A stretch of DNA of 61,913 nt, from positions 1 through 61,913 of IMG/VR virus record IMGVR_UViG_3300048587_000154; one strand, written 5' to 3'. Source of the stretch: a virus. Its lineage: Duplodnaviria > Caudoviricetes. The position numbers and the translations under genes were made by a program. The notes under the pieces are model-generated. The model had not been told where the DNA came from. It was given only the letters and a program-made list of their open reading frames with translations, and did no database searches. This document shows, piece by piece, positions 18,731-29,400 of this stretch. Positions within the stretch are counted from its first letter, which is position 1. Every line of letters starts with the position of its first letter.

Positions 18731-21040
18731 TTAAGCGATCAACAGCAAGGCGATGGCAATGTCCTCATCGCTCCATTCCGGTTCGGGCTGGGGAAGATTG
18801 GCGGCAAGGCCCTGATGCAGCGCCAATTTGCGCGCCTGCTCGGCTGCGGCCTGCGCCTCGCGGCCATAGGCCTCGATCTGTTGCGCCGTCATCGTGGCGC
18901 GCATCAAGTCGGCGTTGTCGATCGGCGGGATGAACGGCTCAAGCGCCGGGTCGGGCTGATTGTCCTCGATCTTGGGCCGATAGATATCCGCCACAATGTC
19001 CCGAACGGTCGGGATCGGTTTACGCTTGGTCTTGTCGCGCTTGGGCTTCGGTTTTCCGCCACCGCCGCCGCCCAGCGTATGACGCTTGAGCGTTGCCGGC
19101 GTGCCATCTACCAGATAGACGCCGCTGTCGAGCGACATGCGCATGTTCGGCGTGCGGAAGATCAGCGCCGCGTCCGTGCCGACAACGGTATAGCTGCCGC
19201 CATTGGCTGCAAGGAGCCGTGTGGCGCGCATTCCTGCCGCCTGGCCGGTGTGCCCGTATGTCCCGCCTGATGCTCCCAGCTTGCGGGCGCAACGCAACGT
19301 GGCAGTCTGCCCGGTTACGTCATATGCACCCGATCCTGCGGCAAGGAAGCGATCCGTGCGCTTGACCAACGTCGCGTCGGTGCCGGTAACGGCATAGGTT
19401 CCGCTCGCGGCTGCCAGCTTGCGCACCGTGCGCAGCGTCGCAGCCGTGCCCGTTACTGCGTATGATCCAGCCTGCCCAGCGACCTTAAGCGCACGCCGTA
19501 GCGTCGTTGCAGTCCCTGAAACGGCATAGCCGCCACCTGATGCCGTGAGGCGGTAAGCGGCGGCGGGTGGCGTGACCGAAAGCGTTGCTTCCGGGGTATT
19601 TGTCCAATCCGTCTGCGTGTAATTGTATGTGTCGGTCGTTACCCAGTCGATGCCGTCATAGGAATATTGGACTTCGATCTTTGATGGGCCGGGTTCGGCG
19701 GCATTGCGCAACACCTTCATTTCGGCGATCAGCGTTGGAGCGCCGAAATTCTGGCCTACCCAGCTTTTCGCGCCGGCAGCCTGAAAGGTCGAATACCAGT
19801 TGCTCGCGGTGTTGTTGTCAAAGACGTTCGAGGCGGCGTTCGAGGTGCCGTTGAACTGCGTCGAGTAGATCGTGTTGGCCGTCGAGGTGAGATCAGCCCC
19901 GCCCGATGATGCCGCCATCGATACTTCCGCAAGGCTCATGTAGCTTGCGTTTTCGTGCGTGCAGAGAATGCGCCAATAGGCCGGTGTCGATCCTCCGACA
20001 TAGACAAGCGACGCCGCGCTGCCGGTGACCAGATAGCTTGCCGACGACATGAGGAGCTTGCGGGTGCGCGAAAGCGTCGCCGACGATCCGGTAACGGCAT
20101 AGCTGGCCGTGTCCGCAGCCAGCTTGCGGGCTGTCTTGAGTGTCGCGGCGGTCCCAGTCACGCCATATGATGCGGTCGCGGCTGCCAGGCGCTTGTTCGA
20201 GCGGAGCGTCGCAGCCGTTCCGGTCAACAGGTATGCGGCGGTCGATCCAACCACCTTGTAGCCGCGCCGGAGCGTCGCAGCGGTGCCAACGACCGAATAG
20301 GCCGCGCTTGCCATCGCCAGCTTGCGGGAGCGCTTGAGGATGGCTGCGGTGCCGGTGACGGCGTAGGACGCTCCGGAAGCCGTCAGGCTGTATGCCGTGC
20401 CGCCCGTCGCCACCTTGAGCGAAATTAGCATCGCAGAGCGCGACTGACTATCGTCCGGGATAGTGCCGGTGGTGTTGTAAGCCGTCGATCCGTTGGCCGT
20501 TACTGCAAGCTGGGCGCAACCGATGAAGTCTGAATTGTTTACGAGGCTCGGGCCAGATGAAACGACGTGGGTGAAACTATTGGAGGCAGATAGGTTGCCG
20601 GTAAAATCCGAATGAGGTCCATCACTCGAAGCACCAAAGAAGGCAAGGATTAATCGGTCGCCCGCAGTAGGAGTAAGGTTACTGGACGCTAGCGTGGTTG
20701 CGTACGACTGCACGAAATTGCCGACCGATACGTCATAATAGCTCGCATCCAGCCCGGAGATTTCGAGCAACACCCACGACGAGTTTGTGGCGCTGCCTAT
20801 CGTGTATTGGAACGAATTGCCGCCACCCGACTGAACGCGATCCCAAACATACCCGCCGTGGTACGTCTGTTGCTCCATATCGGTGCGCTGGTTCCAACCA
20901 GCGTTCGGCGTGCCGTTGTAGTCGTCGGCAGCGAAGGCGAGGATAACAACGTTGCCGTTTGTCGGCGCGGTCGCAAACGCCGCTGTGACCGTGGCAAGGG
21001 TCGAGGTGCCCTTGGCAGTTTGGACAATTGTTGCAGCCAC
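18731..21040 (-). CDS. Repeat-containing fibre/decoration protein with discoidin-like domain
   Basis: About 13 copies of a ~22-aa repeat (SYAVTGTAATL.+.+KL) split by a YWRI..AEV..FDNN..W.S domain; GTG start. Confidence 0.75.
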   Translation of the reverse strand: MAATIVQTAKGTSTLATVTAAFATAPTNGNVVILAFAADDYNGTPNAGWNQRTDMEQQTYHGGYVWDRVQSGGGNSFQYTIGSATNSSWVLLEISGLDASYYDVSVGNFVQSYATTLASSNLTPTAGDRLILAFFGASSDGPHSDFTGNLSASNSFTHVVSSGPSLVNNSDFIGCAQLAVTANGSTAYNTTGTIPDDSQSRSAMLISLKVATGGTAYSLTASGASYAVTGTAAILKRSRKLAMASAAYSVVGTAATLRRGYKVVGSTAAYLLTGTAATLRSNKRLAAATASYGVTGTAATLKTARKLAADTASYAVTGSSATLSRTRKLLMSSASYLVTGSAASLVYVGGSTPAYWRILCTHENASYMSLAEVSMAASSGGADLTSTANTIYSTQFNGTSNAASNVFDNNTASNWYSTFQAAGAKSWVGQNFGAPTLIAEMKVLRNAAEPGPSKIEVQYSYDGIDWVTTDTYNYTQTDWTNTPEATLSVTPPAAAYRLTASGGGYAVSGTATTLRRALKVAGQAGSYAVTGTAATLRTVRKLAAASGTYAVTGTDATLVKRTDRFLAAGSGAYDVTGQTATLRCARKLGASGGTYGHTGQAAGMRATRLLAANGGSYTVVGTDAALIFRTPNMRMSLDSGVYLVDGTPATLKRHTLGGGGGGKPKPKRDKTKRKPIPTVRDIVADIYRPKIEDNQPDPALEPFIPPIDNADLMRATMTAQQIEAYGREAQAAAEQARKLALHQGLAANLPQPEPEWSDEDIAIALLLIA

Positions 21041-21053
21041 GGTCTATCCGTTC

Positions 21054-21293
21054 TTAGAGGTCGGGAACGATGACGTATGTGCCCGTCGTCCAGATTTCTT
21101 CATCGCCCTTGGGGTAAAACGCGCGGGCAGGCCAGCCGTCGCCGTCAGTGCTTTCCTCGGACGTAACGTCCACGTCCTCCCCGAAGATCGGCTTGATTTC
21201 GGTGGCGATGAACGTCGCCATGGAGCCGTGGAACTCGACTTCGCGATGCTCGATCGGCTCGCCTGGCCGGTAGATGGAGAGGAGGCGCACCAT
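21054..21293 (-). CDS. Hypothetical protein (79 aa, MVRLLSIY)
   Basis: GGAGGT RBS and TGATG overlap; start trimmed from the ORF track. Confidence 0.6.
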   Translation of the reverse strand: MVRLLSIYRPGEPIEHREVEFHGSMATFIATEIKPIFGEDVDVTSEESTDGDGWPARAFYPKGDEEIWTTGTYVIVPDL

Positions 21294-21568
21294 CAGCGCA
21301 CCTCCCACCAAGGCCGAACATCGCCCGCGCCCACCATGAAGCGCCGATGCTTGCGCCCGCATGTGCAGTAGAAGATGTAGATATCGGGCATCGTCTCGTT
21401 GTCGCTCGACCGGAACGCCTCGATGTCGTGGTTCTCCGGGTGGCGGCAGCATGAGTCGATCTTCTGGTTCTGTTCGAGCGCGTCGAAGAACTTCTGCGGC
21501 AGCATGCCATCGGGCAGCTTGGAGACCGCAATGCGTGGGCATTCGGGGATCGGGCCTGTTTCCTGCAT
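21293..21568 (-). CDS. Small Cys/His-containing protein
   Basis: CC.H and CTCG.KH motifs; AGGT RBS; couples to the next gene. Confidence 0.6.
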   Translation of the reverse strand: MQETGPIPECPRIAVSKLPDGMLPQKFFDALEQNQKIDSCCRHPENHDIEAFRSSDNETMPDIYIFYCTCGRKHRRFMVGAGDVRPWWEVR

Positions 21569-21571
21569 GGA

Positions 21572-21799
21572 TCACCTGCGGCCAGACACGATGATGGAAT
21601 TGCCCCTACGGCCTTGGATCGTGCCTCGCGACACGGCTTCATAGACGGCAGCCGCATACAAGCCGGGATCGTCGGGGCGCAAAGTGGGAATGTCTATGCC
21701 GTCAACCTTCGTCTCCGGTAGGTCGGCAAATGTTGGAAATCCTTCGAGTGTGCGGGCTGCCGCTTCAACTACGGCGTCGCGTTCCTGTGATGACTTCAT
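21572..21799 (-). CDS. Hypothetical protein (75 aa)
   Basis: AGGAGG RBS. Confidence 0.65.
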   Translation of the reverse strand: MKSSQERDAVVEAAARTLEGFPTFADLPETKVDGIDIPTLRPDDPGLYAAAVYEAVSRGTIQGRRGNSIIVSGRR

Positions 21800-21811
21800 A
21801 AGGGTGCCTCC

Positions 21812-22234
21812 TTAGCTGAACGTGTGGATTGAAGCGCCGAAATCGAGCGTAAACGTCTCGCCCGATGCCAGCGTTATCGAGGAGCCGTAATCCCAGTTGG
21901 AAATCAAGGGATCAGCCGGCGACGTAGGCGTGTCGTTGTACAAGATGGCATAGCGGAGCGGGCCGACCGCGCCCGATGCCGTCCAAGTGATATCGACGCC
22001 GGTCATCGTCACGGTGCCGCCCGATCGCGTCGAGTCGTTTTGCGTGTCCTCGCCGCCTGACGTGTAGCCGTTGGCGGTCGAAAGCTCCGTGGTGTCGGCG
22101 CGAACGGTGTGCGTCGAGGTGTTGGGCGCGGTGTTGGAAAGCAGGGCCTTCAACGTGTCGGTGGTGCCGAACAGGTCATGGACCTTATTCCACATGTCCT
22201 CGGCGAACTTTTCGTATTTCACATATGATGCCAT
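21812..22234 (-). CDS. Putative virion structural protein (140 aa)
   Basis: DTLK.LL..ELS..NGYT.GG..W.ASG..RYAILYNDT..LI..WDYG pattern; AAGGAG RBS. Confidence 0.7.
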   Translation of the reverse strand: MASYVKYEKFAEDMWNKVHDLFGTTDTLKALLSNTAPNTSTHTVRADTTELSTANGYTSGGEDTQNDSTRSGGTVTMTGVDITWTASGAVGPLRYAILYNDTPTSPADPLISNWDYGSSITLASGETFTLDFGASIHTFS

Positions 22235-22247
22235 TTCGTATTGCTCC

Positions 22248-22394
22248 TTAGCGCAATGGGTTGGTGGTGAAGGTTCTGCCGTCGGGCATGGTGACGGTCT
22301 TAGGAGCCGTCAACGTGCGCATGAGAAGCACCAACGCCTGTTGCGTCTGCGCCTCTTGTTGCAGGATGAGCTTGGCTATCTCCTCGAACGTCAT
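22248..22394 (-). CDS. 48-aa microprotein paralogous to the portal C-terminus
   Basis: MTFEEIAKLILQQEAQTQQALVLLMRTLTAPKTVTMPDGRTFTTNPLR fills the gap exactly; below the ORF-track cutoff. Confidence 0.65.
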   Translation of the reverse strand: MTFEEIAKLILQQEAQTQQALVLLMRTLTAPKTVTMPDGRTFTTNPLR

Positions 22395-22405
22395 CGCCTG
22401 GCCCT

Positions 22406-24772
22406 TCAATTCATGGTCGATGGCTTGGCGGTGAACACCCGGCCATCCGGCATCGTCACGCTCTTGGGCTGGTTGAGCGTTTCGATCATCTTGGCGATCA
22501 GCGCTTGTGTCTGCGCCTGCATCTGCATCACCTGTTCCACAAGCTTGTCGGTGTCGCCGTCATCGATCGGCGGTAGACCGACCTCGCCGCGCTTTTGGTT
22601 GTGCGCCGCGATCGCTTCGGAACGCCGGGAGCGGAGCGCCATTTCATGCTCCTCGCGCTTCCAGTCGTGTTCCTGCTTGGCGCGCTCCGACTCGGCCTGC
22701 ATTTCCTGCATCTTGAAGTCGTGTTCCTGCTCGCGCGCCTTGGCTTCGGCTGCGGCCTTGACCTCCTCCGGGTCGGGCTTTGGCTGTTGCTGCTCCGGGG
22801 TCAGCTTCTTGATGAAGCGCGACACGTCCTTATACCCCAGCAAGCCCCAAAGCTCTGTTGCGATGCCAACAGCATCGGGGCGGCATCCGTCGGCAGCAAG
22901 GATGGGCGTCATTTCCATGGTGGACTTCGCGCCCGCCATGAGCTTTTCGACCTTCTGCTTCGAGTCCAACGCGCCTATGCCGACATCAACGCGGACAGTG
23001 ACGGGCAGCGCCTCGAATGACTGCATGACCTCCTCAAGCGTCACCTGCGGCTGTGCCTGTTGCTCTTGCGGGTCGCTGTCCTCGATACCGGGCTTGGGAA
23101 CGACGCCGCCGATGACAAGGCCGGCGTTCTCGCCTGCCACGGCCATGATAAGTTCGTCGCTCTCGTAATACTGGATCAGGCGCACCAACTGGCGCAACAC
23201 AGGCTCCACCCACGTCTCAACCCACACGCGAAGGTCAAACTCGGTCAGCGCGTTCGATGACTGCGACATGAGGTTCATGCCGCCCACGGTCTCGTTAAGC
23301 TGGCGGTTGGTCTGCACCGATCCCGTGGAGAACACGCCGGCAAGCTCATCGAAATCAACGGCCAGGTTGTTCATGTCCTGTTGCGCGCCGCCATCGGGGC
23401 CGGGCGCGCGGTCGAACGTCACATCGTCCTCATCCTCGACCATCAGCGTCGAGTCGGGGCCACGGTTCTGCACTTGCTTGAGGTCGATGTTGCGCCCGCG
23501 CTTGACCTTGGTGATGGGCGAGATTGCCATCTTGCGGGCGTCCAGCGTCAGGTTGACGTTTTCGTTCATTTCCTGCTGTAGCTGCTGCCACGTCTCGACT
23601 GGAGCGGCTGGGAACGCCTTGTGCGCCTCGACGGCGGCGACGCCGCGCACATAGGGACGATCGCCTCTCTGCTCTGGATAGGCCTCACGGGTCGGGCGCG
23701 GATCGGACAGGATGATATGCTCGCCCAGCATCCACCAAGTGTAATCCTCGCCGTCGTAGCGGTAGAACACCTCGTAGAGCCAAAGGATGTCGCTGTCCTT
23801 CGAGGCGTGCCGGCTCTCGTACCGATCGATCCCCGATGTCTCACGCGCCCGGCGCACGCCTTGCGTGTCGCGCTGCTGGTTGGTCTTGCCGGCGCTCTTG
23901 ATCTTGGCAAGGTCGATGTCGTCACGCCATTTGCCGCCGCCAAGGCGCGGTCGCGATGCCTCTCGGCTTACCCACGACTCCAAGTCGCCCTCATTGACCG
24001 GGTAGCCGGCGACGAAATACGCGCCGCGCTGGATCGGATCGCGCCAGTCTGCCGTCGGGTCGATGAACGACTGTTCCGGGGGAATGTTGTCGATCATGAT
24101 GCGATCGGCCTTGATGATCTTCTTCGGCACAATCTCGGATCGCGTGAGCGGCTTGCCATCCTCGCCCGGCAGCGGGAAGCCCGTCGCTTCGTCCGTAACC
24201 GGTTGTGTGACGATGCTATCGACGGTCAGTTCCTCGTACTCCCAGTATTGCTTGGAGACGCATATCCCCTGCAACTGGGCGTCTTGGTGCGCGCCGACAA
24301 CGGTCATGAAGAACGGCGGGCCTGCCTCGTTGCCGCGATCGAGGCGATAATTCAGCACTTCGTGCAGGAAGCGCGCGCCCATGCTCTGCACTGGGTCGCT
24401 CGATCGGGTGGCCGTGATGTTGACCACATCGTTTGTCGAAAACAGCGCTGCGGCTGCCGTGGCGTCGTTCTTGCGAACGGCCATGCGCGTCTTGGGTTTG
24501 AACAGCTTCGAGCGGTTGCGGTACTTCGGCGTATCGTACTTGGTGCCGTTCGGGTGCTTCGACTGGTAGGCGCGGAGGTTGCGCGACCATTGCGCGCGCA
24601 GCGAATTGTTCTGGTACTCGGAAGCCGCATCCAGCGCGCCCTTGAAGAACTTCTTCCAGTCGGCGTCATCCAGCATGTCGGGAGAGGCTGCGGCCTCGTT
24701 GTCATTGACGGCCTTTGAGGCCTCAAGCCCATCTTCGAGCGCGGAGCGTGTGTCAGGCGATGAGAGGGGCAA
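22406..24772 (-). CDS. Portal protein
   Basis: 788 aa; RSKLF.PKTR, ET.GGM..M motifs and a C-terminal coiled-coil barrel; between terL and the head genes. Confidence 0.88.
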   Translation of the reverse strand: MPLSSPDTRSALEDGLEASKAVNDNEAAASPDMLDDADWKKFFKGALDAASEYQNNSLRAQWSRNLRAYQSKHPNGTKYDTPKYRNRSKLFKPKTRMAVRKNDATAAAALFSTNDVVNITATRSSDPVQSMGARFLHEVLNYRLDRGNEAGPPFFMTVVGAHQDAQLQGICVSKQYWEYEELTVDSIVTQPVTDEATGFPLPGEDGKPLTRSEIVPKKIIKADRIMIDNIPPEQSFIDPTADWRDPIQRGAYFVAGYPVNEGDLESWVSREASRPRLGGGKWRDDIDLAKIKSAGKTNQQRDTQGVRRARETSGIDRYESRHASKDSDILWLYEVFYRYDGEDYTWWMLGEHIILSDPRPTREAYPEQRGDRPYVRGVAAVEAHKAFPAAPVETWQQLQQEMNENVNLTLDARKMAISPITKVKRGRNIDLKQVQNRGPDSTLMVEDEDDVTFDRAPGPDGGAQQDMNNLAVDFDELAGVFSTGSVQTNRQLNETVGGMNLMSQSSNALTEFDLRVWVETWVEPVLRQLVRLIQYYESDELIMAVAGENAGLVIGGVVPKPGIEDSDPQEQQAQPQVTLEEVMQSFEALPVTVRVDVGIGALDSKQKVEKLMAGAKSTMEMTPILAADGCRPDAVGIATELWGLLGYKDVSRFIKKLTPEQQQPKPDPEEVKAAAEAKAREQEHDFKMQEMQAESERAKQEHDWKREEHEMALRSRRSEAIAAHNQKRGEVGLPPIDDGDTDKLVEQVMQMQAQTQALIAKMIETLNQPKSVTMPDGRVFTAKPSTMN

Positions 24773-25238
24773 GGTGGCCTCGTCCGGTTAGTCGCGCCTG
24801 CGCGGGCATGGCATTGAGCGCCATCCGCCAGTCATCGACGTTGAACTTGTTGCGGGGCAGGTTGTAGCGCTCAAGCAACTCGCCAGCGCCCTTCAAGACC
24901 GTGCGCTTTCCGCCCGGATCGGTCAGCGTGTCGGAGAGCTTGACCACGTACCAGCGATTGGCCGGCATGATGCCGTTCAGCCTAAGCTTGATGATGCCGT
25001 TGCGACCGTGCTGGCCGATCTGCGCTTCAACGTGCCAGGCGTGGCCGGGATAGCTGCGCTCCAACAGCGCGCCGACCCATTTGACGATTGCCATGTTCGC
25101 GCGCGCCATCGGATCGGGGCGCGGATCGTCGCCAAGGTCCGGGTGTTCGTAGTGCGCCTTGAGATTGAAGCGCGGTGCGCCATTGCGATTGAGGCGCGGT
25201 GCGGCAGGCTTTTTCAGGAACGGCAAGATGTCGGACAT
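24753..25238 (-). CDS. Hypothetical protein (161 aa)
   Basis: GAGG RBS before ATG 25238; L...YPGH.W.V and GELLERY motifs. Confidence 0.65.
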   Translation of the reverse strand: MSDILPFLKKPAAPRLNRNGAPRFNLKAHYEHPDLGDDPRPDPMARANMAIVKWVGALLERSYPGHAWHVEAQIGQHGRNGIIKLRLNGIMPANRWYVVKLSDTLTDPGGKRTVLKGAGELLERYNLPRNKFNVDDWRMALNAMPAQARLTGRGHLAPLIA

Positions 25239-25245
25239 TGCGGCC

Positions 25246-25419
25246 TCATTCGTCGGGATAGGCGGTGTTAACCCGGTTCGGGTCTCCCCGGAAAGTCTTG
25301 CCGGTGAACTCGTAGAGCTTTTCCTTCTTGCGATTGGCATAGAAATCCGGCTCCGACTTCAAAATCTGCGAAAGCAGGGTGAACGTGACGTTCTTCACGT
25401 TGCCGTCGGCTAGTGACAT
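25246..25419 (-). CDS. Hypothetical protein (57 aa, MSLADGNVK)
   Basis: Hand-translated ORF that fills the gap; GAAGGA RBS. Confidence 0.5.
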   Translation of the reverse strand: MSLADGNVKNVTFTLLSQILKSEPDFYANRKKEKLYEFTGKTFRGDPNRVNTAYPDE

Positions 25420-25814
25420 TTGGAGGATCCTTCCTTCAACACGGCGCGGGTGGCGTCATCCATCTTCAAGCGCGCCCAATTGGTCTGCTCGGCCTCGCCC
25501 TTCTCGATCATGCTCCACGTCACTTGCCGGCCCGATCCGTACTGGATGACCGCAAAGACGACTTCGCCAATGTTCTTGATTGCTGATTGCAGGGTGAACA
25601 GCGGAGACGAGTTGTTCCGCTCGATGACGTACGTACTCGCCTCGACTTGCGTGTTCGTGGTGAGGTTCGGCACCCAGCCGCCCGCATCGGCTTCCTTGTG
25701 GCAGGACATGCAGCGGGCGCAACTGTCATTGTGCAGCGAGAACGACGTGCAGCCGCAACTGCACACCCAAATCATCGGCTCTGGCTTTTCGGGAAACTCT
25801 ACAACGTCGGCCAA
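25410..25814 (-). CDS. Hypothetical protein with Zn-ribbon motif
   Basis: WVC.CGC..F...C..C; GGAG upstream. Confidence 0.6.
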   Translation of the reverse strand: MADVVEFPEKPEPMIWVCSCGCTSFSLHNDSCARCMSCHKEADAGGWVPNLTTNTQVEASTYVIERNNSSPLFTLQSAIKNIGEVVFAVIQYGSGRQVTWSMIEKGEAEQTNWARLKMDDATRAVLKEGSSKCH

Positions 25815-25902
25815 CTGCTCATGCTCCCCTGCGCTTTACGGCGCAAGATGTAGCATTATTCGCGGGGCAGCGCGCCACCACCGCCCCAGCGATACCCAGC
25901 TT

Positions 25903-26232
25903 TCATGCTGGCGGGTTCTTGATGCCGATCTTCTCGAACGCAATCGCCCGCATGTCATTCAGGTGGCGAAGCTGCGCCTTCTCCATGTCCATCATCGGCT
26001 TCAAGCCTGATGGCCGCATGCCGGCATCCCAAAAGGCGTCCAGCATGGCTTGGAAGAACATCGTATCGTTCTCTTGCAAGAACGGCTCCTCTGGCGCTTT
26101 CCCGAATGCGTCTATGCTCTCGATGCTCAACACTGCGGGCCGCAGGACGTGCAGCGAGCTACCGATGCTTTCGGCCATGAACAGCTTCTTGCCGCGCCCG
26201 TAGTCGTCATCGCGAACGAACGCCTTCCACAT
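25903..26232 (-). CDS. Hypothetical protein (109 aa)
   Basis: AGGAG RBS. Confidence 0.65.
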   Translation of the reverse strand: MWKAFVRDDDYGRGKKLFMAESIGSSLHVLRPAVLSIESIDAFGKAPEEPFLQENDTMFFQAMLDAFWDAGMRPSGLKPMMDMEKAQLRHLNDMRAIAFEKIGIKNPPA

Positions 26233-26233
26233 G

Positions 26234-26482
26234 TCACAGTCTCCTGTTGAGCAGGTTGCGGAAGCCGCACAGCGCTCGAACGAACAGGCCTGCGCCTGGC
26301 ACTGCCGGCACTTCCGCGATCAGTTCGCCGTCGATCCTCCCGTTGATGCCAATGCAGCGTATGCGGTTGCTGGCCTCAATCTCGTTGCGCGCCGGGATGG
26401 TGAAGGCGTATTCGCGATCCTGATATCTGTATGAGCAGGCGTAGCGCTTCCACTTCTCTGCGGTTTCGTTCTGTTCGCCCAT
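26234..26482 (-). CDS. Hypothetical protein (82 aa)
   Basis: AGGAGT RBS, directly after terL. Confidence 0.65.
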   Translation of the reverse strand: MGEQNETAEKWKRYACSYRYQDREYAFTIPARNEIEASNRIRCIGINGRIDGELIAEVPAVPGAGLFVRALCGFRNLLNRRL

Positions 26483-26491
26483 TGTCGACTC

Positions 26492-29400
26492 CTAGTCCAC
26501 GGTTGCAGGGGTTTCCGGCACTTCGTCATTGGTCGAGGCCGGAAGCGCTTCGATGTCGTAGATGCGCGACGTGGCGTCCACCAAGTCATCCCGCGTGCCG
26601 AACGGGAAATACAGCATTTCCTCCATAAGAGCGCGGGTCAGGTCGTACACCTTGTCCAACTCATCCTTGCGCATGAGCGGCTTGGCATTCAGGTACTCTT
26701 GCCCGCGATCCTTCGCCATCTTCTGCACCTTCAACTCGCCGTCGAGGGGAGTGAAGCTCATGTAGCCCTTCTCGATGTCAGGCTCCCACAGGCAGGTTTT
26801 GCCGTTCGCGTAGACCAAGCCGGGGAAAAAGAAGGTCGAGTATTGCACGTCCGGTTGCAGGCGCTCGACACGATCGCGTTTCGAGTTGCCGCCCTCGCGC
26901 GGCCATGCAAGCTCATGAATGGCGAAGTTGTACTTCTCGGCGCGCATGCGCTCTTGGAAATACTCATCGTCCGATTGCTGGCCGAAGCGCTCGTATCCGA
27001 CCTTCACCAGCATGACGCCCGGCATCTTCGACCATTTCTTGTGGTAGTGCTTCAACTGGTCCCAGCGCTGCGAGAGCTTCATGCGGTGCCTGGCACCGTC
27101 GAGGAAGTATTTGTTGCCCTGCGCATCCACGCCAATGACCGCGATGGCCGTGTTGTCGGACTTGGCCGTGCGCCCGCGCGAAGGATCGGCGAGGATATAC
27201 ACGTTCAGCGCGGCAGGCCGAACGAACCACGGTTTCATCCATTCGGCATGGAACGTCTTTGCCGTGCCGCCCAGCGGGTTTTGAAGCATCTGCGCGTTGA
27301 CGGTCGATAGCTGCTTGACCTTGGCCTTGTCCCATTGCGCTTGCGTCATCATGACCGGCTTGCCGTCCAGCTTGCCATTGTGCGTTGCCGGGTAAAGGCG
27401 CGGCTTGACGATCCCGCGCCCGATCAGGTCGCCATAGGTGTCAGCAAAACTATTCGAGGAGCAAAAGCCCTCAACCACGTAGTTGCCTGTTTCCGTCTCA
27501 AGCCAATGCACGTCGGCAACACCGGCAGCCTCGACCTTGCTTAGCTTGATGCGCCTTGTGGTCAATTGGCCGTACAATGTCTGTGCCAGCTTCTCAAAGC
27601 GTGCCGGGGCGATCTGCGCGAGGAAGCGATAGCGCTCTCGCCATCCTCCGTTGATGAGGAACACACAGCGGTCGTTCCAATGCTTGGCGCTCGGCTTGTG
27701 CCACGCCTCCGACCACTCGAAGCCCAGTTCCGACAAGACGCGGCGGGTTTCGTTGATCAATTCCGGGTGCGCCATCGTTTGCGTGATGGTGACCGCTCCG
27801 CTTGGGTGGTGTTTGTTCTTCTTGATGCTGCCTTCGCCGTCGAAGAAGCCGGCCAGCCAGCCGGCATCGCGGCCTTGATCCTCCTCGATCGGATCAACCA
27901 GTTCGCGCAATGCGATGAGCCTGCCGTCGCATTTCTTGTTGAGGAATGCTCGATCCTTCCTGACGTGCGCAGAAAGGCCGAGCGGAGCGTATTCCGGGCC
28001 ACCGCCATGCGGCCCGCGCCACCATTTGTGATCATCCGTGCAAACGACGGAACGGCCATTGTCCAGATGGTAGCGGTTGACCGCCTGGCAGAAGTGAACG
28101 CCACGGTTCACAACCTTCGCAGGGCGCAGCCAGCGCTTGCCGTCTCGAAGCTCCCAGCCAACGACTGTATCGCCTATGCGAACGTCTGCGATCGGCTTGT
28201 GCGACCAATCTCCCATCAAGATGCGCTGGTCGCCGCGCGTGCAATAGCGCGTGCCCACCATCCATTCCCGGCCCTCTGCGGTGCCAAGGTTGGTCGATAG
28301 CTCGTAGCTCGATGTGGTCTTTGCCACCTGCTCCGGGGTCGTCACCGACTCGCGCGTCACCATGTCGTCGTAGTTGCGCAGCGCAAAGTGCTTCGATGTC
28401 GGTTGCCCATCGACCACGCCCCAGCCTTCAACCGTGGCTTCCTTGGGGTTGCCCTTGCGCCGGATCGTGAAAGCCTGCTCCGACCAGATGGGAGCCTCGC
28501 CCTTGGGCTTCATCCAGCAGATGTCCGGGTAGATCATCCGCATTTCCGATGTCTCGAACTCGCGCCTGATCTGCGCGACGAACTTCTTTGCGATGGCTGC
28601 CGTGTGGGCAAAGATGCCGATCGTTATCTCCGGGTCATTGATGATTTCCTGCACACACCCGGCAAGCGTGATGATGGTCGAGTTGTGGGTGGTAATGTGC
28701 TGGCGACCGGTAAGGTATAGGCCATCGGTGCGCGCCACCTGAATACACCGCACCGGGACGCTGGCTACCGGCTCAACGCTGATGATGGCGTGTCGCCCGG
28801 AGCGTGTGCGTTTGGCATTCGACGCCCGCGCCTGTTTTCTTGGCAGGTGAAACACGGCTGGACCGTCGGCCTGCACTTGGAAGCTCACCTGATAGTACGG
28901 GTAGTCATCGCCCTTATATTGCCCAACTGGGCGACGGATCGACGGCTTGAGGCCGAGACCGGCAGCTAGGTCGAATACGTCATTTGCGAGCCGTTCCGTC
29001 GCATTGCAAAATGTCGCCGTTCCCCGTCCATCGCAGTGGCCGTCCGTGTCCATGAGACCGCGCAACAACTCCCAACGATCCTCTATCGATGCGCATTGGT
29101 AGGGGCCTGGGATGTGCTTGTTGGTGAACGTTCCCGCCTCACGAAGAAGGGCCGCAAGACCATAGATGCCGACCGCAATACCCCTGCCGCGCCGACGACG
29201 GGTCCGGTGCCCAAGCGCCTCGATCCTTTCGATGATCGCGTTGTCGAAAGGATCGTTGGCTATAGCCGCCGCGCCGCGCGCTCCATCCCCAAGCCATGCG
29301 CCGAGCACATAGGGATGGAGCGGCAATGGCGATGATGATGCGCCAAAGTCCAGCGCAGCAGCCACGGGTACGCTAGGCCACACCGCGCCCTTGATGAGCC

